Source: the human T2T-CHM13v2.0 reference genome, Homo sapiens. Taken from it: a stretch of DNA of 64,000 bases. Both the position numbers and the translations under genes were made by a program. The notes under the pieces are model-generated. The model searched no databases. It worked only from the letters and a program-made list of their open reading frames with translations, and had not been told where the DNA came from. The DNA lies in assembly GCF_009914755.1 (NCBI RefSeq), contig NC_060925.1. One strand, written 5' to 3'. Positions 1 through 15,651 of the stretch are shown here, piece by piece (the first letter of the stretch is position 1; each line of letters opens with the position of its first letter).

Positions 1-167
1 GTGGCACATGCCTGTAATCTCAGCTACTCAGGAGGCTGAGGCATGAGAATTGCTTGAACCCGGATGCGGAGGTTACAGTGAGCCAAGATCATGCCACTGC
101 ACTCTAGCCTGGGCAACAGAGCAAGACTCCATCTCAAAAACAGGCAAAAAAAAAAAAAAAAAAAAAA
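1..167 (+). mobile_element. Alu right arm with poly(A) tail, cut by window edge
   Basis: CCTGTAATCTCAGCTACTCAGGAGGCTGAGGCA...GCAAGACTCCATCTC followed by A-tract. Confidence 0.95.
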
Positions 168-376
168 TTGTCATTCCATATCTGACTCCAGTGACTAATA
201 CTAATTTTAAGATGGATTATAAATTCCAGCATTAGCTAGAACTCCAAACTTGTAAAAGAAAACAAAACAGAATATCTTTGTAACCTAGAGATAGTTAAAT
301 AATTTTGTTTTTTAACCACTAACCAGAAAAAAATAAGCAAGCCACAGACTGGAAAAAATATTGATAGATAGGTAGG

Positions 377-427
<51 letters not shown>

Positions 428-1240
428 ATAGATAAATGGATAGATAGATAGATAGATAGATAGACAGGACAAAGGACTTGCATAAAGGACATATGGATGT
501 TCTCAATCTGTTACACATGAATAACAAGAAAAAAAACAACCCAATAGAAAGGTAGACAAAGTACTAAAAAGAAACCCTTTACCAGTGTTGATCACAAGAT
601 TGATCACCTGGAAAGAGGCTTAGCATCATTAGTTATCAGGAACACACAAATTGAAACCAAAATGAAACACCATTATGTGCGCACAACGTGTCTAAAATAA
701 AATTTAAAAAATGTCAGTAATACTAAATCTTGGCAAACGTGGAATAATGAAAACTTTTATACATTGCTTATGGCAGAGTAAAATGTTAAAAGCACTTTGG
801 TTAACTCTTTCTTTTTTTCTGATAATGTTAAGCATAGATCTATTCTATGACCCAGCAACCCACTCCTGTATTACTCAAAAGAATTGAAAACATATGTCTA
901 CTGAAAGACAAACACAATACTATCATAAAGGCGTTATTCATAATAATTCAATATTGGAAGCAGCTCAAATGTCCATCAACAAGAAAAAAGACAATGGCAT
1001 TGTCATATGTTTAGACAATGAGTGCTATTCATCAATTAAAAAGGAGTGAAATACTGACATACACAACAACATGGATCAATTTCCAAATATTATTTTAAGT
1101 GAAAGAAAGCAGATCCAGAAGGATACAGACTGGATAATCCCATTATAAGAAATCCAAGAATAGGCAAAACTCACTACAATGAGAGCAATAAAAAAGATTT
1201 ACCTCTGGAGGGTGGAGGAATTGATAGAAAAGGGGAAGGA
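168..1240 (+). mobile_element. Old L1M (L1MB/MC/ME-type) 3' fragment
   Basis: Degenerate L1 ORF2 C-terminal and 3'UTR motifs (TATGACCCAGCAACCCACTCCT, CTCAAATGTCCATCAAC, CAACAACATGGATCAAT); continues past the L1PA insertion. Confidence 0.7.
363..466 (+). repeat. (GATA)n tetranucleotide STR, interrupted
   Basis: Direct reading of TAGA runs with GGTA, TAAA and TGGA interruptions. Confidence 0.97.
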
Positions 1241-1241
1241 T

Positions 1242-1448
1242 CAGTATTATATGTTAAATGTTTAGAACTAGCTGGGGCGGTGGGTGGGTGAAAGTTTTGA
1301 TTTGTAGCATTTGTTGATTTTTATGCTGTGAATACTTCCAATCTCAAGATATCTAGCTGCCAATGTGATATGACTGAACTAGGAGTTAGGAATGCATGTG
1401 AGCAGTTGACTCCCACAGCCCCAGAGAGCTGGCTCCAGCATGCCACTG
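1242..1448. mobile_element. MER63-like hAT DNA transposon fossil
   Basis: Starts CAGT...AAATGTTTAGAACTAGCT and ends GCTGGCTCCAGCATGCCACTG, resembling MER63 termini. Confidence 0.55.
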
Positions 1449-1545
1449 GGAGGAGATGAAGAAACATTCGTTGGTAATAGAAACATTCTAATTCTTCTTC
1501 TGGGATGTGGTTATATGGGTATATAAAATTGTCAAAAGTCAACCT

Positions 1546-2582
1546 GGGTGTGGAGCCAAGATGGCCGAACAGGAACAGCTCCGGTCTACAGCTCCCAGCG
1601 TGAGCGATGCAGAAGACAGGTGATTTCTGCATTTCCATCTAAGGTACCAGGTTCATCTCCCTAGGGAGTGCCAGACAGTGGGCGCAGGACAGTGGGTGCA
1701 GCGCACCGTGCGTGAGCCGAAGCAGGGCGAGGCATTGCCTCACTTGGGAAGTGCAAGGGGTCAGGGAGTTCCCTTTCCTAGTCAAAGAAAGGGGTGACAG
1801 ACGCCACCTGGTATATCGGGTCACTCCCACCCTAATACGGCACTTTTCCAACGGGCTTAAAAAATGGCACATCAGGAGATTATATCCCGCACCTGGCTCA
1901 GAGGGTCCTATGCCCACAGAGTCTTGCTGATTGCTAGCACAGCAGTCTGAGATCAAACTGCAAGGTGGCAGCGAGGCTGGGGGAGGGGCGCCCACCATTG
2001 CCCAGGCTTGCTTAGGTAAACAAAGCAGGCAGGAAGCTCAAACTGGGTGGAGCCCACCACAGCTCAAGGAGGCCTGCCCGCCTCTGTAGGCTCCACCTCT
2101 GGGGGCAGGGCACAGACAAACAAAAAGACAGCAGTAACCTCTGCAGACTTAAATGTCCCTGGTCTGACAGCTTTGAAGAGAGCAGTGGTTCTCCCAGCAC
2201 ACAGCTGGAGATCTGAGAATGGGCAGACTGCCTCCTCAAGTGGGTCCCTGACCCCTGACCCCCAAGCAGCCTAACTGGGAGGCACCCTGCAGTAGGGGCA
2301 GACTGACACCTCACACGGCCAGGTACTCCTCTGAGACAAAACTTCCAGAGGAACAATCAGACAGCAGCATTCACGGTTCACGAAAATCCACTGTTCTGCA
2401 GCCACCACTGATCGTACCCAGGCAAACAGGGTCTGGAGTGGACCTCTAGCAAACTCCAACAGACCTGCAGCTGAGAGTCCTGTCTGTTAGAAGGAAAACT
2501 AACAAACAGAAAGGACATCCACACCAAAAACCCATCTGTACATCACCATCATCAAAGACCAAAAGTAGATAAAACCACAAAG
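1546..2582 (+). promoter_or_regulatory. L1 5'UTR internal sense/antisense promoter
   Basis: YY1 site CAAGATGGCC at 1557-1566; complete ~1 kb UTR with partial CpG decay. Confidence 0.8.
1639..1998 (-). CDS. ORF0: L1 antisense ORF0 homologue, 119 aa (expression unknown)
   Basis: MVGAPPPASLPPCSLISDCCASNQQDSVG matches the primate L1 ORF0 N-terminus; ATG at 1998-1996. Confidence 0.6.
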   Translation of the reverse strand: MVGAPPPASLPPCSLISDCCASNQQDSVGIGPSEPGAGYNLLMCHFLSPLEKCRIRVGVTRYTRWRLSPLSLTRKGNSLTPCTSQVRQCLALLRLTHGALHPLSCAHCLALPREMNLVP

Positions 2583-3591
2583 ATGGGGAAAAAACAGAGC
2601 AGAAAAACTGGAAACTCTGAAAAGCAGAGCACCTCTCCTCCTCCAAAGGAACGCAGCTCCTCACCAGCAATGGAACAAAGCTGGATGGAGAATGACTTTG
2701 ACAAGTTGAGAGAAGAAGGCTTCAGACGATCAAACTACTCTGAGCTACAGGAGGAAATTCAAACCAAAGGCAAAGAAGTTGAAAACTTTGAAAAAAATTT
2801 AGACGAATGTATAACTAGAATAACCAATACAGAGAAGTGCTTAAAGGAGCTGATGGAGCTGAAAGCCAAGGCTCGAGAATTACGTGAAGAATGCAGAAGC
2901 CTCAGGAACCGATGCGATCAACTGGAAGAAAGGGTATCAGTGATGGAAGATGAAATGAATGAAATGAAGCGAGAAGGGAAGTTTAGAGAAAAAAAAATAA
3001 AAAGAAACGAACAAAGCCTCCAAGAAATATGGGACTACATGAAAAGACCAAATCTACGTCTGATTGGTGTACCTGAAAGTGATGGGGAGAATGGAACCAA
3101 GTTGGAAAACACTCTGCAGGATATTATCCAGGAGAACTTCCCCAATCTAGCAAGGTAGGCCAACATTCAGATTCAGGAAATACAGAGAACGCCACAAAGA
3201 TACTCCTTGAGAAGAGCAACTCCAAGACACAATTGTCAGATTCACCAAAGTTGAAATGAAGGAAAAAAGGGCAGCCAGAGAGAAGGGTCGGGTTACCCAC
3301 AAAGGGAAGGCCATCAGACTAACAGCTGATCTCTCAGCAGAAACTCTACAAGCCAGAAGAGAGTGGGGGCCAATATTCAACATTCTTAAAGAAAAGAATT
3401 TTCAACCCAGAATTTCATATCCAGCCAAACTAAGCTTCATAAGTGAAGGAGAAATAAAATCCTTTACAGACAAGCAAATGCTGAGAGATTTTGTCACCAC
3501 CAGGCCTGCCCTAAAAGAGCTCCTGAAGGAAGCACTAAACATGGAAAGGAACAACTGGTACCAGCCACTGCAAAAACATGCCAAATTGTAA
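2583..3591 (+). pseudogene. L1 ORF1p, disrupted
   Basis: MGKKQSRKTGNS...PLQKHAKL; premature TAG at 3156-3158 and small deletions near 3230 and 3268. Confidence 0.95.
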
Positions 3592-3639
3592 AGACCATCA
3601 AGGCTAGGAAGAAACTACATCAACTAACGAGCAAAATAA

Positions 3640-7670
<4,031 letters not shown>

Positions 7671-8029
7671 GAACACATGGACACAGGAGGGGGAACATCA
7701 CACTCTGGGGACTGTTGTGGGGTGGGGGGAGGGGGGAGGGATAGTTTTAGGAGATATACCTAATGCTAGATGACGAGTTAATGGGTGCAGCACACCCCCA
7801 TGGCACATGTATACATATGTAACTAACCTGCACGTTGTGCACATGTACCCTAAAACTTAAAGTATAATAATAATAAAAAATTGTCAAAAGTCATCATATT
7901 TATTAGAAATTTGAAATCTGTGCATTTTTGTATGTCAGTTGCATTTCAGTTTTTTAAAAAGTGGTAAGTGGCACATGCTAGGTAAAAAGAAAAGACTTGC
8001 CACTGGAATTGTCTTCAGGCCAACACTGT

Positions 8030-8574
8030 AACATGCCAGAATATCTCAGTATAACAAAGAACCCCCAAATTTAATGGCTTAAAGCAATGACATCATTTAT
8101 TTTGCTCAAGAGCAAAATATTTATTGTCATTATCAAATGAAATATCATTTATTTTGTGCAGGGCTTAGCAGGGATAGCTCATCTCTGCTCCGCTTATATT
8201 AGCTACATCAGTTCCAAGGCTGGACATTAGAATCATCTCTCACTCACTCAAATATCTGATGGTGGATACTGGGGCTTACATGTGACCTCTTAATGTGGCC
8301 TGGGCTTTCTTACAAACCTGAGCCCAGGTTCTAAGAGTGAATATCCAAGAGAAGGAAGCCAGACAGAAGCTGTATCATCTTTTCTAACCTAGCCGGGGAA
8401 GTCACACTGCTTCCCTCCTAGTTCATTCTATTTGTCAGAGCAGCCACAAGCCTGCCCAGGTTTAAGAGATGGTGAAATAGTCTTCAGCTCTTCATGGGGA
8501 ATGCCAAAATGCTAGAAGAATATATGAGACCGGAAATATTGTTGCAACTATTCTGAAAAATACATTCTGCCATA
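8030..8574 (-). mobile_element. MLT1 (G/H-like) MaLR LTR, 3' LTR of provirus
   Basis: TAACAAAGAACCCCCAAATTTAATGGCTTAAAGC...AAAAATACATTCTGCCATA; homologous to 13024-13744. Confidence 0.75.
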
Positions 8575-9129
8575 GACTGTTATCTGGCATCATACCCCTC
8601 CCTCTTACATAGAAAATACTCAAGGCTCTTCCTAGAATCTTCCAAAACTCATCCTAGCCCCAAAAGATGTATAGATATACTTTTTTAAAAAGACATCCCA
8701 TTTCAGCATTATATTTTAAATGTAGAGAAGATTCAGAATCTTATTATCTAAGTCAGATACAGGGATAGGGAAGGCTCCTTGAGTCTGATCCTCAAGAATT
8801 CCAAGTACGAAGAACTGGGAAATAAAGAGACGAGTTATCTGTACCCTACACAGCTAATAACCTAAACTGTGTGACAAGCATGAGATAATCGTAATGGATG
8901 TCTCGTTAGTAAAGTGGGAAAACTGGAAGCATCCAGTAACTACTGGTTCATAGCAAATGTGAAATACTTGCCAATCCTTGATTAGGGCTCTGTTCTACTT
9001 CCTGGGAGTGAATGATTCACTATTCCCCTTGGCTCCGTTCTCTGGGCTCTTTTCTCTGGGCTCCTCCTTGTGCCCTCTGTTTGGCTGGTTCTTGCCTGTA
9101 GTCATTCTAGAGTCCAAAGGCCTCTTTTT

Positions 9130-11855
9130 CTTTTTTTTTTTTTAACGTAAAACTACAAACTTTGTTCATATTTTACAAGTTTTTCCTTTAATTTTCCATG
9201 AATGCCCTAAAATTTCTGGATCTAATTTAGGATACCTCATTGCGTTTAGTCATCTCTTTAGTCTCCTTCAATCTGTGACAGTTTTTCAGCCTTTTACAAT
9301 CTTGACACTTTTTAAAATTTAAAATAAAGTTTTACTGAGATATAATTTGCATACCATACAATTTACCCACTAAAGTGTACAATGAAATGATGTTTTAAAT
9401 AATTTCAAAGAGCTTTGCAATCTTTGTACAATCTGATTTTAAAACATTTTAATCACCCCAAAAAGAAGCCTCATACCCAATTGTATTCATTGCTCATTTC
9501 TCTGCCCTAAAAACCTCCCAGCTGTAGGCAACTACTAACTACATATACATTTCCATATACATTTCAGAAATATATTGTCAAGTACTATAAGACAGCTATG
9601 ATTTTGATAGGAATTGTATTGAATCTATAGATCAGTTAGAGTATATCACCATCTTTACAATATTAAGACTTCAAATCCATGAACATATGATGTATTTCTG
9701 TTTATTTAGATCTTCTGAATTAATCAATGATGTTTTGTAGTTTTAAGAGTATAACTTTTGAACTTTTTCTGTTACATTTATTCCTAGGTATATTATTCCC
9801 CTAGACACAATTTTAATGGAATTTTATACTTAATCTCATTTTCAGATTATTTGTTGCTAGTATATAGAAATACAATGAATTTTTATACATTGATCTTGGG
9901 ACTTTATACATTCACTCTTGGGACTTGGTTTTTCTGGACATTTAGTATAAATAAAATTATAAAATATGTGATCTTTTGTGTCTGGCTTCTTTCACTCAGT
10001 GTATTGTTTTCATAGTTTATATATGTTGTAGCAGATATCTACTGAATGAACTACCGTTCCTTCTTTTCTATTACTAAATAAAATTCTGTTGGACCAGGAT
10101 GCCACATTTCACTTATCTGTTTGTCAGTTGATAGACTTTTGGGTTGTTTCCACCTCTTGGCTATTATGAATAATGCTGCTATGAACATTTTTGTAGACAT
10201 TTTTTTCTGGTGGAACTATGTTTCCGTTTTGGAGGAGTATATGCCAAGGAGTAGAATTGCTGGGTCGTATGGTAACTTTATGTTTAACATTTTGAGGGGC
10301 TGCCAAACTGTTCTTCAAAGCAGCTGCACCATTTTACATGCCATCAGCAATGTATGAAGGTTGCAATTTCTGCACATTCTTTCCTACACTTATTATCTGT
10401 CTTTTTGATTACAGCTATCCTGATGGGTGTGATATGGCATCTCATTGTGGTTTGGATTTGCATTTCCTAATGGCAAATGATGCTGAGCATATTTTTATGT
10501 CCTTATTGGCCATTTGTGAATCTTTTTTGAGAAATGTCTATTCAAATCCTTTGCCCATTTTTAAATTGGGTTATCTTTTTATTGTTGAGTACTAAAAGTT
10601 ATTTATATATTCTGGATACATTCCCTTAACAGATATATGACTTGCAAATACTTTCTCTAATTCTTTGGGGTTTCTTTCCCCTTTCTTGATGACATGGTTT
10701 ATAGTATAAAAGTATTCAATTTTGATAAAATCCAATTTATCAATTTTTTAGTTTGTTACTTTTGCTTTTGGTGTCATATCTAAGAAACCATTACCTAAAC
10801 CAAGATCACAAAGATTTACTTCTATGTTTTCTTCCAAGAGTTTTCTACTTTCAATCCCTAAATTTAAGTCCACAATCCATTATGTGATAATTTTGTGTGT
10901 GGTGTATTTTTGCATATGAATATCCAGTTGTTCCAACACCACTTCTTAAAAAGACTATTATTTTCCCATTGAATTGTCACAAATCAATTGATCATAAATG
11001 TAAAGGCCTTGTTTCTGGACTATCACTGCTATTCCATTGATCTATATGTCTAGCCTTATGCCAGTACAACATTGTCTTGATTACTGTATCTTTGTGGTAA
11101 GTATAAAATTGGGAAGTGTTAATCTTCCAAATTTATTCTTATTTTTCAAGATTATTTTGACTATTATTGGTCCATTGATTTCCATATACATTTCAGAAAT
11201 ATATTGTCAAGTACTATAAGACAGCTATGATTTTGATAGGAATTGTATTGAATCTATAGATCAGTTAGAGCATATCACCATCTTTACAATATTAAGACTT
11301 CGAATCTATGAACATATGATGTATTTCTATTTATTTAGATCTTCTGAATTAATCAATGATGTTTTGTAGTTTTAAGAGTATAACTTTTGAACTTTTTCTG
11401 TTACATTTATTCCTAAGTATGTTGTTCCCCTAGACGCAATTTTAATGGAATTTTATACTTAATCTCATTTTCAGATTATTTGTTGCTAGTATATAGAAAT
11501 ACAATGAATTTTTATACATTGATCTTATATTTTGAATTTATTTATTAGTTCTAAGAGGGTGAGTATGTTTGTGTATTCATTAGTATCTTCTATGTGTGGC
11601 GCATCTGAAAATAGAGATTGCTTTATTTATTCATTTTCAATATCGATGTCTTTCTTTTTCTTTCCTACTTTCCTTGGCTAGAGATGTCAGTATACTGTTG
11701 AGTAGAAATGAGAATGGACTACTTGACTGATTCCTGATTTTAGGGAGGAAAGCATCCAGTCTTTCACCCTTAAGTATGACAAAGCTGTGAAATTCTGTAG
11801 ATGCCCTTTGCAAGTTGGAGTTTCCCTTCTATTCCTAATTTGTGGAGCTCTTTAC
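9130..11855 (-). mobile_element. Old L1 fragments (L1MC-like 9130-9310; L1MB-like 9310-11855)
   Basis: T-rich antisense L1 3'UTR/ORF2 motifs (CATTGTGGTTTGGATTTGCATTTCCTAATG, TTCCCTTCTATTCCTAATTTG). Confidence 0.85.
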
Positions 11856-12246
11856 ATTTTATATCATCTCTTTTTCTTCTAGTTAAATTTTATTAAGGTC
11901 TACTCCATCAGACAAAAGCCATAGCCATTGAAATTCCTTTGAAGTAAGGCCTCGTCCATCTTGGGCTTCCCGTAGAGCTATTGTGAGACAACACCCTTAA
12001 GATTCTTAGAAGCTCTTCTTTTAAAAAAAAAAAAAAAAAGGATTTTTCCATGAGAATTAACCTTAAGATAATTGGAGCAAGATTTTTTTTTTTTTTTTTT
12101 AGCTTGAGCTATCATCTTAAATGTTTCTGATGTCTCAACATAGGGTTTTCTGGTCACAGTCTTGTCTTCCTCTGTAGATAAAGCTCTATATTTGACCTTC
12201 CTGATAACAGTTCTCAATTTGACCTTTGCCTGGAAGCCATTTCCCT

Positions 12247-12542
12247 TTTTTTTTGTGAGACAGAGTCTCGCTCTGTCACCCAGGCTGGAGTGCAGTGGTG
12301 TGATCTCGGCTCACCGCAACCTCCGCCTCCCAGGTTCAAGTGATTCTCCTGCCTCAGCCTCCTGAATACCTGGGATTACAGGTGCATACCACCACTCCTG
12401 GCTAATTTTTTTTTTGTATTTTTTGTAGAGATGGGGTTTCGCCATGTTGGCCAGGCTGGTCTCGAACTCCTGACGTCAGGTGATCCACCCGCCTCGGCCT
12501 TCCAAGTGCTGGGATTACAGGTGTGAGCCACCACACCTGGCC
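12247..12542 (-). mobile_element. AluS (Sx/Sz-like)
   Basis: Full antisense Alu dimer; short CCATTTC flanking repeat. Confidence 0.95.
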
Positions 12543-13023
12543 ACCATTTCTTAATTTTAGCATTATTTGCTATATGGAGAGGCTGGCAATAAAATGGAGT
12601 TGTAATTTTTGAACCCAGTACATCCTCGTTCCTTTATATTTAACAATCCCTTCTTCAGTTATAGCTTTCCTCTTGCATTTTACTGTGAACAGCTAGAAGC
12701 TAGACGACATCTTGAACACACTACCTGGAAATCTCCTCAGCTAGATCCAGTTCATTAGGTAAACTTTCTATTTCCTATGTCACTATAGGTGACAGTGTTG
12801 CTAAACTTTCTGTCACTTTATATTAAACGTCCCCTTTCCTCAAGCTCCCAATAACATTTTCCTCACTTTTTTAAGACCTCACAGACAACTTCCTCAGGGC
12901 AATCAGGCCTCAGCTAACAGTCTCTTCAGGGGCCATGCACTTCTGCCCTCTCCTTGGTCCCAAAGCCACTTCCACATGTTTAGGTTTTTGTTATGATAGT
13001 TTTCTACTTCACACAATAAAACC

Positions 13024-13744
13024 TGTTCTACTTATCATGGCTGTACAACAAGTCACTCTAAATTTTAGTAGCTTAAAACAATGACAGCATTTATTGTACT
13101 CAGGAATCTGCTGAGTGAGGCTCAGCATGAATAGCTCACCTGCACCCCATAGCATCTGTTAACAGCTTGCAGAGTGAGAATCAAAGTTACCCAAAGGCTT
13201 GTTCACTCACATAATTGGAGTCGATGTTGATTCTCAGCTGAAACCTTAAATAGGACTTTCAACCAGAGCAGATACAGGGACCTCACCACGTCGCTTGGGC
13301 TTTCTTGCAACATGATGACCTAGTTCCAAGGGCAAGCACATGAGCAAGAGAGATAGAGAGTGCACTAGGGAGAAGCTCACTCATCTGTTCTAAGATAGCT
13401 TCAGAAGTCACGTGACATCACTTCCACCACATTTTCTATGTGACACAGTCACAAGCCTGCCAAGGGTAAAAGGAAGGGAAATAACCTTTATCTCTTAATG
13501 GAGAGTGGTGAGGTTCAGGGAGATTATATTGTATGGAAATATCACTATGCCTTTTTTTTTTTTAAGAGACAGGGTCTTGCTCTGTTGCTCAGGCTGCTAT
13601 ACAGTAGCATGATATAGCTCACTACAGCCTTGAACTCTTGGGTTGAAGCAATCCTTCAGCCTCAGCCTCTTGAGTAGCTGGGACTAAAGGTATGTGCCAC
13701 CACTCCCAGCTATGTGCCATTTTTGATAATTACAACCTGCCACA
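13024..13744 (-). mobile_element. MLT1 (G/H-like) LTR, 5' LTR of provirus, containing an Alu monomer
   Basis: TTTAGTAGCTTAAAACAATGACAGCATTTATT...TACAACCTGCCACA. Confidence 0.75.
13552..13713 (-). mobile_element. Old Alu monomer (FRAM/AluJ fragment)
   Basis: GAGACAGGGTCTTGCTCTGTTGCTCAGGCTG...CCACCACTCCCAGCTA. Confidence 0.8.
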
Positions 13745-15651
13745 AGAGTCAATTCATTTTCCTTATAGAAATGATGCATTAAGATAATCCTTGAAAAATA
13801 GAGTTGCATATGAATTGATGAGCCAAGTGAAAGATATATTTATCAAATATATTTAATGTATATATGTATATATTTGATAAAATTGTTTGCCTTTTAATAC
13901 TCAGGTCGCCTGGGCTGAACTGAGCTTCTTTACTTTGAATTTCTTTTTATTTGCACATATTATGCCTCTGATTTTTGTCTTTATATCATTTACCTGGATC
14001 TCCCTTACAGAAGCAAGAAGTTAGACCCAGACAAATCTCTGAGTCAATCAAAGATAGTTGAGGCTTGGGATGTTAAATGAGATGGTTCAATGAATCACAA
14101 CTCTTTTACCACAGATATGGGCATTGGAACACATGCCCTTGCTAGTGTAGGAGGGAAAAATGAGCTGTGTCTGTATGGATAAAGACCAGATGGGGATGTG
14201 ACTCCATGCCTTCAGTGTGACTTGCTCCACACCATCAAGACTCATTGGCATGCATCTGCATTCTTCTCCCTGCCCATGGTCAGTTTTTCAAGAACTAAGT
14301 ATCAGTAAGAAGGTAAGCAATAGACAATAACTGGTGGGCATTAATTAAGTCCACACTGGGCTGACTCCAGCAGAACACATGTCTAATGGTTACACAGAGA
14401 GGAGAGAATAAAAATCAATCTGGTTAATGTTATTCTGGCCTCTGTCAAGGGATGAGGAAATGGACTTATCATGCTTTGAAATGTAATGCAAACTTGGATA
14501 TCAGGATGATAGACAGCATAAAATACAGATAGAACTGGTTTTCTCCCTCCTCCAAAGCTCCCTAAAAGAGCCAACTTCCCATTTGACAGACCAGGTCAAT
14601 AAGGCTGTCTTTTTTACATTTTCATAATGATAACTTCAGTTTTAGTACTTCCATCACCATTGGACAGGAACAGGCATCCCTTGGCACTAGTACTGTGGCA
14701 TGATTCTTGAGCATAAAAGTTGGCCCCAGTCAGAATAGAGGCAGTAGGCATGAAAACAATCATTCCAAGAAAGGCTAAGCAAACTTCCAGAGGCCAGTTA
14801 TGTAGACAGCATCCAAGAGATCAGATCTCATAAGTGCCTCTTCCTACCTGGATCAGCAGAATGATTTTGGTTGTTGCGTGGGTTAAGGGAAACATTAAAC
14901 TAGCAAGCAGGAGGTTCAGTTTCTACTCGTGAACCAACTACTAATTCAAGGCCTCAGTTTATGCATCTGTTACATGAGGAGGTTGGTTTTCATGCTCTCT
15001 AAATAATTCTCATCTCTGTCGTTCCCCTGTGACCTCTCCCATATGGTCCCAACCCTGTTTATGTGAAGTGGGTGCCAGCTTTTACCCAGGCTCCCAAGCT
15101 AAAGTGAGACTGTGCAAGGTCCTGAATGTGGAAGTTTATTTTGTAGCACATGCTATATGCAATTTCTAGCTTTAGGGACTCTAATCTTGCCACTAGAAAT
15201 AGACTCACAAAACGTTTCTGCCAGCAGGCTAATGTCAAAATCATCTGAGGATAATTCACAGGCACACCTGAACAGACCATGGAGGGGTTGGCTTTCCACA
15301 ACAGAATCCTTCATGGAGAGAATGCTTGGTGAAGAAGCTTCCTACAGGAAGGTTTTTGGGACCTGGGACATGCCTGCCCTGAAAGAGATGGGAAGGTTTT
15401 AGAAATGCAGCCCTGTTGTGCAAGCCTCCCCTCCAGTGCCTGCCTATTTTTATCAAATTTATTCCCATCCTCAGTGAAAAAAATGTGTGAGATTATAGAG
15501 GAAACACTTGGTCAGTGATGCTTTCCTAGGACCCATTTCATTTTGTTTTTGTTTTTTTTTCCCTAGTTAGCTTATTGTCTTAAAGAGGTGTCACCTACCT
15601 CTCTGTGTCTAGTGGCTTCCTCTGTTAAATGGGACCGCCTTTCTCAAAGAG

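Larger units (their letters stand above)
8575..13023 (-). mobile_element. MLT1 internal region, interrupted by L1s and an Alu
   Basis: Lies between two same-orientation MLT1 LTRs; MLT1-int-like motifs GAGTCCAAAGGCCTCTTTT (~9110) and TCTACTCCATCAGACAAAAGCCA (~11900) flank the L1 block. Confidence 0.65.

Noticed and set aside
236-539. ORFs with SIYL repeats (also 26435-26804)
   Set aside because: Translations of (TATC)n microsatellites
14115-14312. Possible exon (CCACAG| ... AAG|GTAAGC)
   Set aside because: Short pyrimidine tract and no recognisable coding content; compatible with chance
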